From: an uncultured Gemmataceae bacterium
Lineage (GTDB): Bacteria; Planctomycetota; Planctomycetia; Gemmatales; Gemmataceae
Assembly (NCBI GenBank): GCA_963750165.1
Contig: CAVVPN010000003.1
Span: forward strand, 1,056,001 to 1,120,000
DNA length: 64,000 nt
Direction: 5' to 3'
Part shown: positions 31,298-41,728 of the stretch, piece after piece
How positions within the stretch are numbered: position 1 is the first letter of the stretch
How the letters are laid out: each line of letters begins with the position of its first letter
Position numbers and translations under genes: made by a program
The notes under the pieces: generated by a model
The model's database searches: none
What the model saw: only the letters and a program-made list of their open reading frames with translations
Told to the model about the DNA's origin: nothing

Positions 31298-32065
31298 CTA
31301 ATTGTCCCAGTCCTTGCCCAGAACCTGGCCGTCGTTCGGGTTGCAGGCGTACCACCATGTCTGACCGCTGACCGACGGCGCCACAATCCGCGCCGTGCCA
31401 TCGAGCAGCAGCACGAGGATGCCTTCCTTGCGCAGCGCCTGCGGCAGCGCTGGGTCGCAGTCGCGCTGCTCCGGCACCACCTGGAACTTGCCCTGGTGGT
31501 AGTACGCGAACAGCGGCGCCCAGTAATACACCTGATCGTAACTCCAGATGGTCGGCATGCCGTTGCACACCTGGTAGCGCTCGGCCACGCCGATGGTGTT
31601 CGAGGTGCCGTCGCGGATGTCGGTCAGCCGGACGCCGCCCTGGGGACCATCCTTGAAGACCATCCAGTTGGCGGCGTAGTTGGTCGTCGGCAGCGTGTCC
31701 CGGAACTTGTTGCCGTTGGGGGCGCTCGCGTCCTTGTCGTCCACGTAAAGGGGGATCACCAGGTCGGTGGCGTTCTGCTGCCAGGCGTTCGCCTGTTCGA
31801 TGAACGGCAGCAGGTGGAAGTGCAGACTGCCGGACTTACCGCCGAAGTCGCCGACGGTCGGCGGCATTTTCTTGAAGGTGGCGTGGCAGTTGTGCAGGGC
31901 GAGGCCGATCTGCTTGAGGTTGTTCTTCTGCTGCTGCTGTTCGGCGCGGCCGCGGCTGGCGGCCACCGCCGGCAGCAACAGCCCCAGCAGCAGCGCGGTC
32001 ACGGCCAGCACCACCACCAACTCGACCACGGTGAACGCACGGCGTCTCCGACGTGAGGGTTGCAT
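31298..32065 (-). CDS. DUF1559 prepilin-type N-terminal cleavage/methylation protein
   Basis: AFTVVELVVV..LLLPAV, NNLKQIGLALHN, LLPFIEQ, DGTSNT and LLDG. Confidence 0.92.
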   Translation of the reverse strand: MQPSRRRRRAFTVVELVVVLAVTALLLGLLLPAVAASRGRAEQQQQKNNLKQIGLALHNCHATFKKMPPTVGDFGGKSGSLHFHLLPFIEQANAWQQNATDLVIPLYVDDKDASAPNGNKFRDTLPTTNYAANWMVFKDGPQGGVRLTDIRDGTSNTIGVAERYQVCNGMPTIWSYDQVYYWAPLFAYYHQGKFQVVPEQRDCDPALPQALRKEGILVLLLDGTARIVAPSVSGQTWWYACNPNDGQVLGKDWDN

Positions 32066-32265
32066 GCCTGCTCCTTTCGCAAGACGGGACGGGCGAAACC
32101 CGCTGACACGCTAACACAGCGGTGCCGCCGTGGCAACAGGGTAACCGAGAACGAAGGCGCCGGGAGCGTCAGCAAGTGCTTGGCACGCCGGACTGGCCCT
32201 CCTATACTGACGAAAACGCCGCGCCCACCTGCCCCTTACCGCTGCCCTCTGCCCCCGAGGCACCC

Positions 32266-33591
32266 ATGAACCCGCGCTGTCCGCTCCCTCTCGCCTGTCT
32301 GCTCCTGGCCGGCGGCCTGCTCGCCCACGCCGACGACTGGCCGCAGTGGCGCGGCCCCAACCGCACCGATGTCTCAAAGGAAAAGGGCCTGCTGCAAACC
32401 TGGCCCCAGAACGGCCCCAAACTGCTCTGGACCTTCAAGGACGCCGGCGTCGGCTTCAGCGGCCCCGCCATCGTTGGCGACCGCCTCTACACGATGGGCG
32501 CTCGCGGCGAGGAGGAATACGTCCTGGCCCTGGATGTCCGCAAGGGCACCGAGGTGTGGGCCGCGAAGGTCGGGCCGATCTTCACCTACATGGGCAACTC
32601 CTACGGCGACGGCCCGCGCTCCACGCCGACGGTGGCCGGTGACCGCCTTTACGCCCTCGGCGGCCAGGGCATTTTGGTCTGCGTCGATATGAAGGGCGGC
32701 AAGGAACTGTGGCGCGTCGATCTGGTCAAGGATTACGGCGGCCAGGTCATGGAGCGGGGCGTGGGACCGTGGGGCTACACCGAGTCGCCGCTGGTCGATG
32801 GCGATCACGTCGTCTGCACGCCGGGCGGTCGGGGCGGCGTCATGATGGCCTTCAACAAGAAGGACGGCAAGCCGGTCTGGCGCAGCAAGGGCCTGCCGGG
32901 CGAGGCGGCTTATAGCTCGATCATGCCCGCGGAGATCGGTGGTGTGCGGCAGTACGTGCAGCAGGTGTCGCAGGGTCTGGACGCTGGCACCGCCGGCATC
33001 GCCGCGAAGGACGGCAAGCTGCTCTGGTTCGTCAAGAACAAGACCTACTACGACACCTACGCCATCTGTCCAACGCCCATCGTTCAGGGCGATTTGGTGT
33101 ACGTCAGCGCGGGCTACCGGGCCGGCTGCAACCTCTACAAGATCACGAAGCAGGGCGACACCTTCAAGGCCGTGGAGCAGTACGACGGCCCGGCCCGCAA
33201 GCTGATGGTCAACGACCACGGCGGCGTCGTGCTGGTGGGCGGTTACGTCTACGGCTACTCCGATGGCAAGGGCTGGGTTTGTCAGGAGTTCGCCACTGGC
33301 AAGGAAATGTGGGCCGACAAGCGCAAGCTGGAGGGCAAGGGCTCGCTGACTTACGCGGACCAGCGGCTGTACCTGTACAACGACGAGGGCGAAGCGGTGC
33401 TGCTGGACGCGTCGCCAAAGGGTTGGAAGGAGCGCGGCCGCTTCAAGATCCCCGAGGAGGCGCCGAGCCGCGAGAAACGCCCCACCAGCCGCCAGGCCGG
33501 CGTCTGGACGCATCCGGTGGTCGCCAACGGCCGGCTGTATTTGCGCGACCAGGAGTTGCTTTTCTGCTTCGACGTGAAGGCGGCGAAGTGA
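32266..33591 (+). CDS. Secreted PQQ-like (BamB-family) beta-propeller protein 1
   Basis: Signal peptide, DDWPQWRGPNR, GPRSTPTV, GYTESPLVDG and WTHPVVANGRLYLRDQ. Confidence 0.88.
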   Translation: MNPRCPLPLACLLLAGGLLAHADDWPQWRGPNRTDVSKEKGLLQTWPQNGPKLLWTFKDAGVGFSGPAIVGDRLYTMGARGEEEYVLALDVRKGTEVWAAKVGPIFTYMGNSYGDGPRSTPTVAGDRLYALGGQGILVCVDMKGGKELWRVDLVKDYGGQVMERGVGPWGYTESPLVDGDHVVCTPGGRGGVMMAFNKKDGKPVWRSKGLPGEAAYSSIMPAEIGGVRQYVQQVSQGLDAGTAGIAAKDGKLLWFVKNKTYYDTYAICPTPIVQGDLVYVSAGYRAGCNLYKITKQGDTFKAVEQYDGPARKLMVNDHGGVVLVGGYVYGYSDGKGWVCQEFATGKEMWADKRKLEGKGSLTYADQRLYLYNDEGEAVLLDASPKGWKERGRFKIPEEAPSREKRPTSRQAGVWTHPVVANGRLYLRDQELLFCFDVKAAK

Positions 33592-33640
33592 CGCGGGGTT
33601 TCTTTTCTGCCGCTTGCGGCAGATAGCCGGAACAGACGCC

Positions 33641-34946
33641 ATGCAAGAGGACTCCGACTTCCTCGACCGCCCCGACCTGGAGCGCCTACAGTGGGCGCGG
33701 CTCGAGCGCCCTGCTCGCCGAGGTGCTGCCGCGCAACCGCTTCTACGCCGCCAAATACGCCGCCGCCGGTGTCGAGGTCGCGGGCCTGCGCGGCCTGGAC
33801 GACGTGCGCCGGCTGCCGTTCACCACCAAGGCCGAGCTGATCGCCGACCAGCTGGCCCACCCGCCCTACGGCACCAACCTGACCTATCCGCTGACGCACT
33901 ATTCACGGCTGCACCAGACCTCCGGCACCAGCGGCCAGCCGCTGCGCTGGCTCGACACCCGCGATAGCTGGCAGTGGATGCTCGGTTGCTGGACGCACAA
34001 GTTCCGCATCACCAAGGTCAACGAACACGACCGCTTGTTCTTCCCGTTCTCGTTCGGCCCGTTCCTCGGCTTCTGGACCGCCTTCGAGGCGGCGGCGCAG
34101 CGCGGCCATCTGTGCCTGGCCGGCGGCGGCATGACCAGCCAGGCCCGCCTCCGCTTCCTGCTCGACAACCGCGCCACCGTCGTGCTCTGCACTCCCACCT
34201 ACGCCCTGCGCCTCGCGGAAGTCGCCGACCAGCAGGGCATCCGCCTGCATCCCGACACGCCCGGCTACGCGGTGCGTATGCTGATCGTGGCCGGCGAACC
34301 CGGCGGCAGCATCCCCGCGACGCGGGCGCGCATCGAAGAAGCGTGGTCCGCCCGGCTCTACGACCACAGCGGTATGACCGAAACTGGCCCAATGACGGCG
34401 GAGTGTCCGCCCAACCCCGGTGGCCTGCACGTGCTGGAGATGGAGTATCTCACCGAGGTCATCGACCCGCGCACGGGCCAGCCGGTGCCGGCGGGCGAGC
34501 CGGGCGAACTGGTGGTGACGAACTTCGGCCGCACGGGCAGTCCGCTGATACGATACCGGACGGGTGATCTGGTGCGTGTTGATCCGCGGCCGTGCCCGTG
34601 CGGCCGGACACTGCGGCGGCTCGACGGCGGCATCCTCGGCCGCACCGACGACATGCTGCACCTGCGCGGCAACAACGTCTATCCGGCGGCGCTGGAGGGC
34701 CTGATCCGCCGATTCCGTGAGGTTGCCGAATACCGGGTCCACGTGGAGCAGTCTAGTGCCATGACGGCCCTGCGCATCGAGATCGAGCCCGCCAACGGCA
34801 CGCCCGGCCCGGAACTGGCCGAGCGCGTGACCGCGATGATCCGTGAGGAACTGCTGTTCCGCGCTGACGTGACCGCCGTGCCGCCCGGCAGCCTGCCGCG
34901 CTTCGAGATGAAGGCGTCGCGGCTGGTGCGGCGGGTCATAGGATAA
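33641..34946 (+). CDS. Phenylacetate-CoA ligase (PaaK) family adenylate-forming enzyme; frameshift near 33710
   Basis: LPFTTK, HQTSGTSGQP, TPTYAL, AGEPGGSIP, GMTE, PLIRYRTGDLV and GRTDDM. Confidence 0.88.
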
Positions 34947-35073
34947 GGCGAGCGGGGTCGCGTCAGCGCCCCGTGGAGCCTGTGTCCCACGGGGCGCTGA
35001 CGCGACCCCGCTCAGACACGGGCGCTGACGCAACCCCGCGCTGACACGGGGCGCTGACGCGACCCCGCTCGCC
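34947..35073. repeat. REP-like array (one forward and three reverse ~27-bp units)
   Basis: gagcggggtcgcgtcagcgccccgtg, then cacggggcgctgacgcgaccccgctc three times with variants. Confidence 0.9.
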
Positions 35074-35098
35074 GCCACACCGCAGAAGGAGACCGCAC

Positions 35099-37372
35099 AT
35101 GCGTCGCTTCCGAATCCTGCCCGTCCTGGGTGGGCTGGCCGTGCTGCTGCTGGCCCCCCTGGTCCACGCCAGCGACTGGTACAACTGGCGCGGCCCGCTG
35201 GCGACCGGTTGGTCCCCCGAGCGCGACCTGCCCGCGCAGTTCGACATCAAGAAGCCCGGCGCCAACAACCTCGTCTGGAAGGCGCCCTACGGCGGTCGCT
35301 CCACGCCGCTGGTGCTGGGCGGCCGCGTCTACGTCAACAACAGCGCCGGCGAGGAAAGCACCGAGCAGGAGCGCGTCATGTGCTTCGACGCGAAGACCGG
35401 CAAGGTACTCTGGGAGCACAGGTTCAACGTCTGGCTCACCGACATCGTGAGTGTCCGCCTCGGCTGGACCAATTTGGCCGCCGATCCGAAGACGGGCAAC
35501 GTCTACTGGCACGGCACCCAGGGCCTGTTCGTCTGCTTCGACAGGGACGGCAAGATTCTCTGGCAGCGGTCGCTGACGGAGGAGTTCGGCCGCATCTCCG
35601 GCTACGGTGGCCGCGTCGCCGGCCCGACCGTCGATGAGGATCTGGTGATCCTCGGCATGGTCCACTCCGCCTGGGGCGATTTTGGCAAGGGCGGCAACCG
35701 CTGGCTGGCCATAAACAAGTACAACGGCAGCATCGTCTGGTGGTCCGACCCCGCCGGCAAGCCGCGCGACACCTATTACTCGACGCCGGTGGTCGCTGTC
35801 ATCGACGGCGTGCGGCTGCTCATCAGTGGCAGCGCCGACGGCTCGGTGTACGCGCTGAAGGTGCGCACCGGCGAACCGGTGTGGAGCCACTACTTTTCTG
35901 CCGGCGCCGTCAACGTCTCACCGGTGCTGGACGGCAAGTACGTCTACATCGCCCAGGGCGACGAGAACCCCGACAACAACCTCCAGGGCCGGGTCATCTG
36001 CCTGGACGCCAGCGTCGTCCGGGACGGCAAGCCGAAGCTGGTCTGGCAGGTCGATGGCCTGGGCGTGAAGTACTGTAGCCCGATCATCCACGCCGGCCGG
36101 CTCTACCTCTGCGACGACACGGCCCAGATGTACTGCCTGGACGCGAAAACAGGCGAAAAACTCTGGGACTTCCGCTATGGTCGCAACGCCAAGGGCTCGC
36201 CGGTGCTGGCAGACGGCAAGATTTACGTCGCCGACGTGAACGCCAAGTTCCACATTCTGGAGCCCGGCGACAAGAGCTGCAAGCGGCTGCACGAGCAGCT
36301 GTTCCTGAACCCCAATGGCCTGGACGTGGAGCTGAACGGCAGCCCCGGCGTCGCCAACGGCCGCGTCTTCTTCCTGACCAGCGACGAGCTGTACTGCATC
36401 GGCAAGCCGAATTGGAACGCCGCCCCGGACAAACTGCCGCCGGTGCCCGTGGAGAAGCGCGACCCCGAGAAGAAGGCGACGCACTTGCAGGTCATCCCCG
36501 CGGACGTGGTGCTGCACCCCGGCGACAGCATCGCGTTCAAGGCGCGGACCTTCGACAAGTACGGCCAGCTGATCGGCGAGACGAAGGCCGAATGGTCGCT
36601 GCCGACGCCGCCGCTGCCGCCCAAGGCCAAGACGCCGCCGCCGCCGCTGAAGGGCACCCTTGAGGGGGGCAAGCTGACCGTCAGCAAGGACCTGCCGGCG
36701 CAGCAGGGCTATGTGCTGGCCAAGGCGGACGGGCTGACGGCGAAGGCGCGGGTGCGCGTGGCGCCGCAGCTGCCGTACACACAGGACTTCGAGAAGGTGC
36801 CGGTCGGGGCGGTGCCGGCCGGCTGGGTGAATACGCAGGGCAAGTTCCTGGTCAAGCAGTTGCCGAACGGCAACAAGGTGCTGGGCAAGAACAACACCAA
36901 CCCCAGCCCGCTGGTGGCCAAGGCCAACGCCTTCATCGGCCTGCCGGACTACACCAACTACACCATTGAGGCGGACGTGCTCGGCACCAAGGTGAACGAC
37001 GCTCTGCCGGACATGGGCGTCGTTAACTGCCGCTACACGCTCTGGCTGACCGGGCCGACACAGAGCCTGCGGCTGACCTCGTGGGACGCCATCCCGCGCG
37101 TGGACGAGACCATCGGCTTTGCCTGGCAGGCAGACACGTGGTATCGCTTCAAATTGAAGGTGACGATGGAGAACGGCAAGGCGGTGGCGCGCGGCAAGGT
37201 GTGGCCGCGTGACGAAAAGGAGCCGGCGAAGTGGACCGTGGAGGTGACCGACGCGACGCCCAACACCGAGGGCGCCCCGGCATTGTACGCTTACGTGAGG
37301 GGCTTCCAGGGCAACAACCCCGGCAACGACGTGCAGTTCGACAATGTGCGTGTGACGCCCAACAAGAAATAG
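35099..37372 (+). CDS. Secreted PQQ-like beta-propeller protein 2 with C-terminal beta-sandwich (concanavalin-like) domain
   Basis: RBS aaggag, signal peptide, SDWYNWRGP, repeated SP/TP..DG.VY..C.DA.TG..W blades and C-terminal QFDNVRVT. Confidence 0.85.
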   Translation: MRRFRILPVLGGLAVLLLAPLVHASDWYNWRGPLATGWSPERDLPAQFDIKKPGANNLVWKAPYGGRSTPLVLGGRVYVNNSAGEESTEQERVMCFDAKTGKVLWEHRFNVWLTDIVSVRLGWTNLAADPKTGNVYWHGTQGLFVCFDRDGKILWQRSLTEEFGRISGYGGRVAGPTVDEDLVILGMVHSAWGDFGKGGNRWLAINKYNGSIVWWSDPAGKPRDTYYSTPVVAVIDGVRLLISGSADGSVYALKVRTGEPVWSHYFSAGAVNVSPVLDGKYVYIAQGDENPDNNLQGRVICLDASVVRDGKPKLVWQVDGLGVKYCSPIIHAGRLYLCDDTAQMYCLDAKTGEKLWDFRYGRNAKGSPVLADGKIYVADVNAKFHILEPGDKSCKRLHEQLFLNPNGLDVELNGSPGVANGRVFFLTSDELYCIGKPNWNAAPDKLPPVPVEKRDPEKKATHLQVIPADVVLHPGDSIAFKARTFDKYGQLIGETKAEWSLPTPPLPPKAKTPPPPLKGTLEGGKLTVSKDLPAQQGYVLAKADGLTAKARVRVAPQLPYTQDFEKVPVGAVPAGWVNTQGKFLVKQLPNGNKVLGKNNTNPSPLVAKANAFIGLPDYTNYTIEADVLGTKVNDALPDMGVVNCRYTLWLTGPTQSLRLTSWDAIPRVDETIGFAWQADTWYRFKLKVTMENGKAVARGKVWPRDEKEPAKWTVEVTDATPNTEGAPALYAYVRGFQGNNPGNDVQFDNVRVTPNKK

Positions 37373-37486
37373 TCATTAGTCATTAGTCATTAGTCATTAG
37401 TCATTAGTTCACAAGTTCCAGCCACTAACTGCAACTCTATGAACTAATGACTAATGACTAATGACTAATGACTAATGACTAATGAC
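37370..37486. repeat. Inverted heptamer tandem repeats (TAGTCAT)5 and (ACTAATG)6
   Basis: Seen directly, with a roughly 30-bp loop between the arms. Confidence 0.95.
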
Positions 37487-37496
37487 GAGGTGCCAA

Positions 37497-39143
37497 ATGA
37501 AAGAATATCCCAGTCTGCGCCGCTGGGCCGCCGTGCTGGCGACCACGGTCGTGTTCACCAGCCTCGTACTCGTGGCCGCGTGGTCGCAGAACGGCGGCAA
37601 GCAGGCGCCGCCCAAAGCCGCCGGCGACAAGCAGCACCCCTGGCCGTTGTTCGGCGGCCACCTCAGCCGCAACATGGTCAACGTCATCGACCGCAACGTG
37701 CCGGTCAAGCTGGATCTCAAGGAAGGCGGCAATGTGCTCTGGTCCGCGGACCTCGGCTCCAAATCATACGGCGGCCCCGTCGTCGCCGACGGCAAGGTGT
37801 TCGTCGGCACCAATAACGAGAAGCCGCGCGACCCCAAGGATTTTGTCTTCAACCCCAAGACCGGCAAGCAGGAGCCGATCGACAAGGGCGTGCTGATGTG
37901 CTTCGACGAGAAGACCGGCAAGTTCCTGTGGCAGCACGCCTACCCGAAACTGCCCATCGGCCGCGTCCAGGACTGGCCGCGTGAGGGCATCTGCTCCACC
38001 CCCGTCGTCGAGGGCAAGGAACTCTGGTACGTCAGCAACCACTGTGAGGTCGTCCACAGCACCACCGACGGCAAGATCATTAACAAGCTGGACATGATCG
38101 CCAAACTGGGTGTCTTCCCGCACAACCTGGCGGTCTGCTCGCCGCTGATTGTCGGCGACCTGCTGTTCGTGGTCACCGCCAACGGCGTCGATGAGGGCCA
38201 CATCAACGTCCCGGCGCCGAAGGCGCCCAGCTTCATCGTGCTGGACAAGAAGACGCTGGAGCTGAAGTGGAAGAACAACGACCCGACCGCGGCGCTGGTC
38301 AACCCCAAGGGGGCGGTGTCCATCAAGAAGTTGGTGAACGCCGGTCAGTTGCTCATGCACGGGCAGTGGTCGAACCCGGTGTATGCGGTGGCCAACGGCA
38401 AGCCGCAGGTCATCTTCCCCGGCGGCGACGGCTGGGTGCGCGCCTTCGACCCGGCCACGGGCAATCTGATCTGGAAGTTCGATTGCAACCCGAAAAAGTC
38501 CGTCTACATCCTGAGCGGCCGCGGCACGCGCAGCGACTTCATTGCGACGCCGGTGGTCCACGAGAACCGGTTGTACATCGGCGTCGGCCAGGACCCCGAG
38601 CACGACGAGGGCATCGGTCACTTCTGGTGCATCGACATCACGAAGCAGGGCGATGTCTCGACCGGCACCATTATGAAGAACGGCAAGCCGGTGGAGGTGT
38701 TCGACACGAAGAACCCCGTCAACAAGAATTCGGCGCTGGTCTGGCACTACGGCGAGGACGAACTGAAGCCGGTGCCGGAGGCGTGGAAGCAGGGCCGCAA
38801 TTATGTCTTCGGCCGCACCATGAGCACGGCCGCGGTGCAGGACGGTTTGGTGTACATCGCGGAGCTGGCCGGCTACCTGCACTGCCTGGACGCCAAAACG
38901 GGCGCGCAGTTGTGGACGCACAAGACCGGGGCGCCGATCTGGAGTTCGCCGTACTGGGTGGACGGCAAGGTGTACCTGGGCAACGACGACCGCCGCCTGT
39001 TCGTGTTCGAGCACGGGCGGCAGAAGAAATTGCTGACCGTGAACAGCTTCCCCGATAAGGGCGGCAAGGTGCGGGCGACGCCGGTGGTCGCCAACAATGT
39101 GCTGTTTGTGATGACCGAGAACAAACTGTATGCGGTCAAGTGA
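37497..39143 (+). CDS. Secreted PQQ-like beta-propeller protein 3
   Basis: Signal peptide, HPWPLFGG, SYGGPVVADG, HGQWSNP, GGDGW and HCLDAKTG. Confidence 0.85.
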   Translation: MKEYPSLRRWAAVLATTVVFTSLVLVAAWSQNGGKQAPPKAAGDKQHPWPLFGGHLSRNMVNVIDRNVPVKLDLKEGGNVLWSADLGSKSYGGPVVADGKVFVGTNNEKPRDPKDFVFNPKTGKQEPIDKGVLMCFDEKTGKFLWQHAYPKLPIGRVQDWPREGICSTPVVEGKELWYVSNHCEVVHSTTDGKIINKLDMIAKLGVFPHNLAVCSPLIVGDLLFVVTANGVDEGHINVPAPKAPSFIVLDKKTLELKWKNNDPTAALVNPKGAVSIKKLVNAGQLLMHGQWSNPVYAVANGKPQVIFPGGDGWVRAFDPATGNLIWKFDCNPKKSVYILSGRGTRSDFIATPVVHENRLYIGVGQDPEHDEGIGHFWCIDITKQGDVSTGTIMKNGKPVEVFDTKNPVNKNSALVWHYGEDELKPVPEAWKQGRNYVFGRTMSTAAVQDGLVYIAELAGYLHCLDAKTGAQLWTHKTGAPIWSSPYWVDGKVYLGNDDRRLFVFEHGRQKKLLTVNSFPDKGGKVRATPVVANNVLFVMTENKLYAVK

Positions 39144-39156
39144 GGCTGATTTGCCG

Positions 39157-39408
39157 CTTCGTGGGGCAGACATTCCTGTGCCATCTTTGCAAGGTCGGCA
39201 GACAGGAATGTCTGCCCCACGAAGGAAGGCCCCGCTAGAGCGGTTCGCAGTTGGGTGTAGCGGAAGTCGCCAGACTTCCGTCCGGTGCTGCTCGGAAGTC
39301 TGGCGACTTCCGCTACACCCCTTCGCAATCTGCAATAATACCAAATCGCCTTGCATCTTCTTGAGCCCGAAGCGCCAGCGTGGGGCCCTCGCTGGCGCTT
39401 CGGGCTCA
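39157..39408. repeat. Three different REP-like hairpins in tandem
   Basis: 39157-39224 (gtggggcagacattcctgt arms), 39253-39320 (gggtgtagcggaagtcgccagacttccg arms) and 39362-39408 (tgagcccgaagcgccagcg arms). Confidence 0.9.
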
Positions 39409-39450
39409 GAAAACAAGAACCGCCAGGGCGATTCCGTATAAGGAGTATAC

Positions 39451-40929
39451 ATGACGGCCATTCGATACCTCCGCCCCCTCGCTCTGCTGTCCGCGGTCGC
39501 GCTCGGGGTGATGCTGGTCGCCGCGGCGCTGACCGCCGCCCAGAACGGCCCGCCGCGCGTGCGCGCCGACCTGAGCCGCAACTCCGTCAACCTGACCGAC
39601 AAGAACCCGCCGCTGGCGTGGAACGTCGAGGAAGGCAAGCAGAAGAACATCAAGTGGGTGCAAACGACCGGCGGCAAGGGCTACTGCGCCCCGGTGGTGG
39701 CTGGCGGCCGCGTCTTCGTCAGCACCGCGAACAACCGGCCGCGCGACCCCAAGGTCAAGGGCAAGCGCGCCGTGCTGATGTGCTTCGCCGAGCAGGACGG
39801 CAAGTTCCTGTGGCAGAACGTCCACGCCATGGCCCCGCCAGAGGTGGATCAGCAGGGCGAGACCGAGGGCCTGTGCTCCACGCCGAGCGCGGACGGCGAC
39901 CGTGTCTATTACATCACGCCCGGCTGCATCGTGGTCTGCGCCGACGTGGCGACCGGCAAAATCGCCTGGACATATGACCTGATGAAGCAGCTGAAGGTGT
40001 ATCCGTGCATCACCAACAGCTGCCGGCCGCTGATCGTCGGCGACCTGGTGTACGTGGTCACCGGCAACGGCACCGGCAACATGGAGAAGGTGGCCGAGCC
40101 CAAGGCGCCGAGCTTCGTGGCGCTGGACAAAAAGGCGGGCACCCTGAAGTGGCAGAGTGCGCTGCCGGGCGAAAAAATTATTTACGGCCAGTGGGGCAGT
40201 CCGGCCTACGCGGAGGTGGACGGCAAGGGCCAGGTGCTCTTCCCGGGCGGCGACGGCGTGCTCTACAGCCTGGAGCCGCTGACCGGGGAACTGATCTGGA
40301 AGTTCCGCTGCATTCCCGTCAAGGGCGACAAGAAGGAGCAGAAAAAACCCAATTACCTGGTGGCGACGCCAACGGTCCAGGGTCAGCGCGTCTACATCGG
40401 CGTCGGCTACGGCCCGGACACGCCGGTCGGCAACCCCATCGGCCATCTGTGGTGCATCGACATCACCAAAAAGGGCGACGTGTCACCGAAGAACGACAAC
40501 TTCGATCCGAAGGCGCCCGAGAACAAGGATTCCGCCCTGGTCTGGCACTACGGCGGCACGCTGGCGAAGAAGGACGAGCTGGAACGCACCATTCAGTTCG
40601 GCCCGACGATCTCCAGTTGTGCGGTGCAGGACGGCCTGTTGTACGCCATCGAGGACCAGGGTTTCCTGCACTGCCTGGACGCGCAGACAGGCAAGCGGCA
40701 GTGGGTTTATGATTTATCGGCGGGCTCGTTCAGCGCGCCGTACTGGGTGGCCGGCAAGGTCTACGCCGCCGCGGACGACGGCTCGGTGCGAATCTTCGCC
40801 CACGGCCGCAAGATGAACCTGCTGGCCACGGCGGACATGGACACGCGCATGGAGAGCACGCCGGTGGTCGTCAACAACGTGCTGTACGTTGCGACCACGA
40901 GCAAACTATACGCGATCGGGGCGAAGTGA
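39451..40929 (+). CDS. Secreted PQQ-like beta-propeller protein 4 (paralog of protein 3)
   Basis: RBS aaggag; shares RPRDPK, GQW..P, GGDG, GH.WCIDITK.GDVS and SALVWHYG with protein 3. Confidence 0.85.
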   Translation: MTAIRYLRPLALLSAVALGVMLVAAALTAAQNGPPRVRADLSRNSVNLTDKNPPLAWNVEEGKQKNIKWVQTTGGKGYCAPVVAGGRVFVSTANNRPRDPKVKGKRAVLMCFAEQDGKFLWQNVHAMAPPEVDQQGETEGLCSTPSADGDRVYYITPGCIVVCADVATGKIAWTYDLMKQLKVYPCITNSCRPLIVGDLVYVVTGNGTGNMEKVAEPKAPSFVALDKKAGTLKWQSALPGEKIIYGQWGSPAYAEVDGKGQVLFPGGDGVLYSLEPLTGELIWKFRCIPVKGDKKEQKKPNYLVATPTVQGQRVYIGVGYGPDTPVGNPIGHLWCIDITKKGDVSPKNDNFDPKAPENKDSALVWHYGGTLAKKDELERTIQFGPTISSCAVQDGLLYAIEDQGFLHCLDAQTGKRQWVYDLSAGSFSAPYWVAGKVYAAADDGSVRIFAHGRKMNLLATADMDTRMESTPVVVNNVLYVATTSKLYAIGAK

Positions 40930-41728
40930 TGCCGACGCTGGCGAAGGACCTCTGGAGCCTGGTGCAAGGCAGCCCGCTGATTGATGCGGGCGACCTGGCG
41001 CTGCGCTCCAGGAGCAGGTCGCGAGCGGGGACCTGGATTACCGAACCCGGTGGTTGATTCACGACAGCCTGGAGGCACTGCGCGGTTATCGGGGAGAAGC
41101 GTGGCTGGAAAAATGGCTGACCGGTTGTCCCGTGCGTGGGCAACTGGAGGAGGTGTTGCAGGAGCAGTTTGAACGTGTCGGATTCCCGTCGCTCCAGAGA
41201 CGACTCATGGACAGCACTGAGCCCAGGGACATTCTGCAACTGTTTCGCGACCTGGGTACGGAACTGCGGCACACCACGCGGCTCTTCGTTGGCGGTTCCG
41301 TCGCGCTCATTCTCAGCGATTACCTCAAACGCAAGACGGAAGACATCGACATTGTGGACGAGGTGCCCCAGGAGATTCGCACCGATTACCAGCTCAAGGA
41401 CCGTCTGGAAAAAGTGTACGGCCTGCGGCTCACCCATTTTCAGTCGCACTACCTGCCCAGTGGCTGGCAGCAGCGTGTCCACTCCCTGGAGCCGTTCGGC
41501 CGGTTGCAGATTTTCCTCGTGGACGTGTATGATGTCTTTTTGAGCAAGTTGTTCAGCAAGCGCGACAAGGATCTGATGGACCTGCGCGTCCTGGAGCCCC
41601 AGCTGGACAAAGAAACGCTCACGCGCCGGCTGCGCGACACGACCGGCTCCTGGCTGAAGGATCCAAACCTGGTGCAACACGCCCAGAAAAACTGGTACAT
41701 TTTATTCGGAGAAGCGCTTCCCACATGA
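40929..41728 (+). CDS. DUF6036-like nucleotidyltransferase (type IV toxin/AbiEii-like); frameshift near 41005
   Basis: LFVGGSVAL...RKTEDIDIVD, YLPSGWQQR and FLSKL..RDKDLMDL; ATG overlaps the upstream TGA. Confidence 0.7.

Noticed and set aside
30429..32065. Diversity-generating or inversion system from the opposed DUF1559 fragment and full gene
   Set aside because: No near-identical DNA repeat, reverse transcriptase or invertase is visible; the fragment looks like a decayed paralog.
34947..37486. CRISPR array from the repeated units at 34947-35073 and 37370-37486
   Set aside because: No unique spacers of regular length and no cas genes; the repeats are inverted or tandem.
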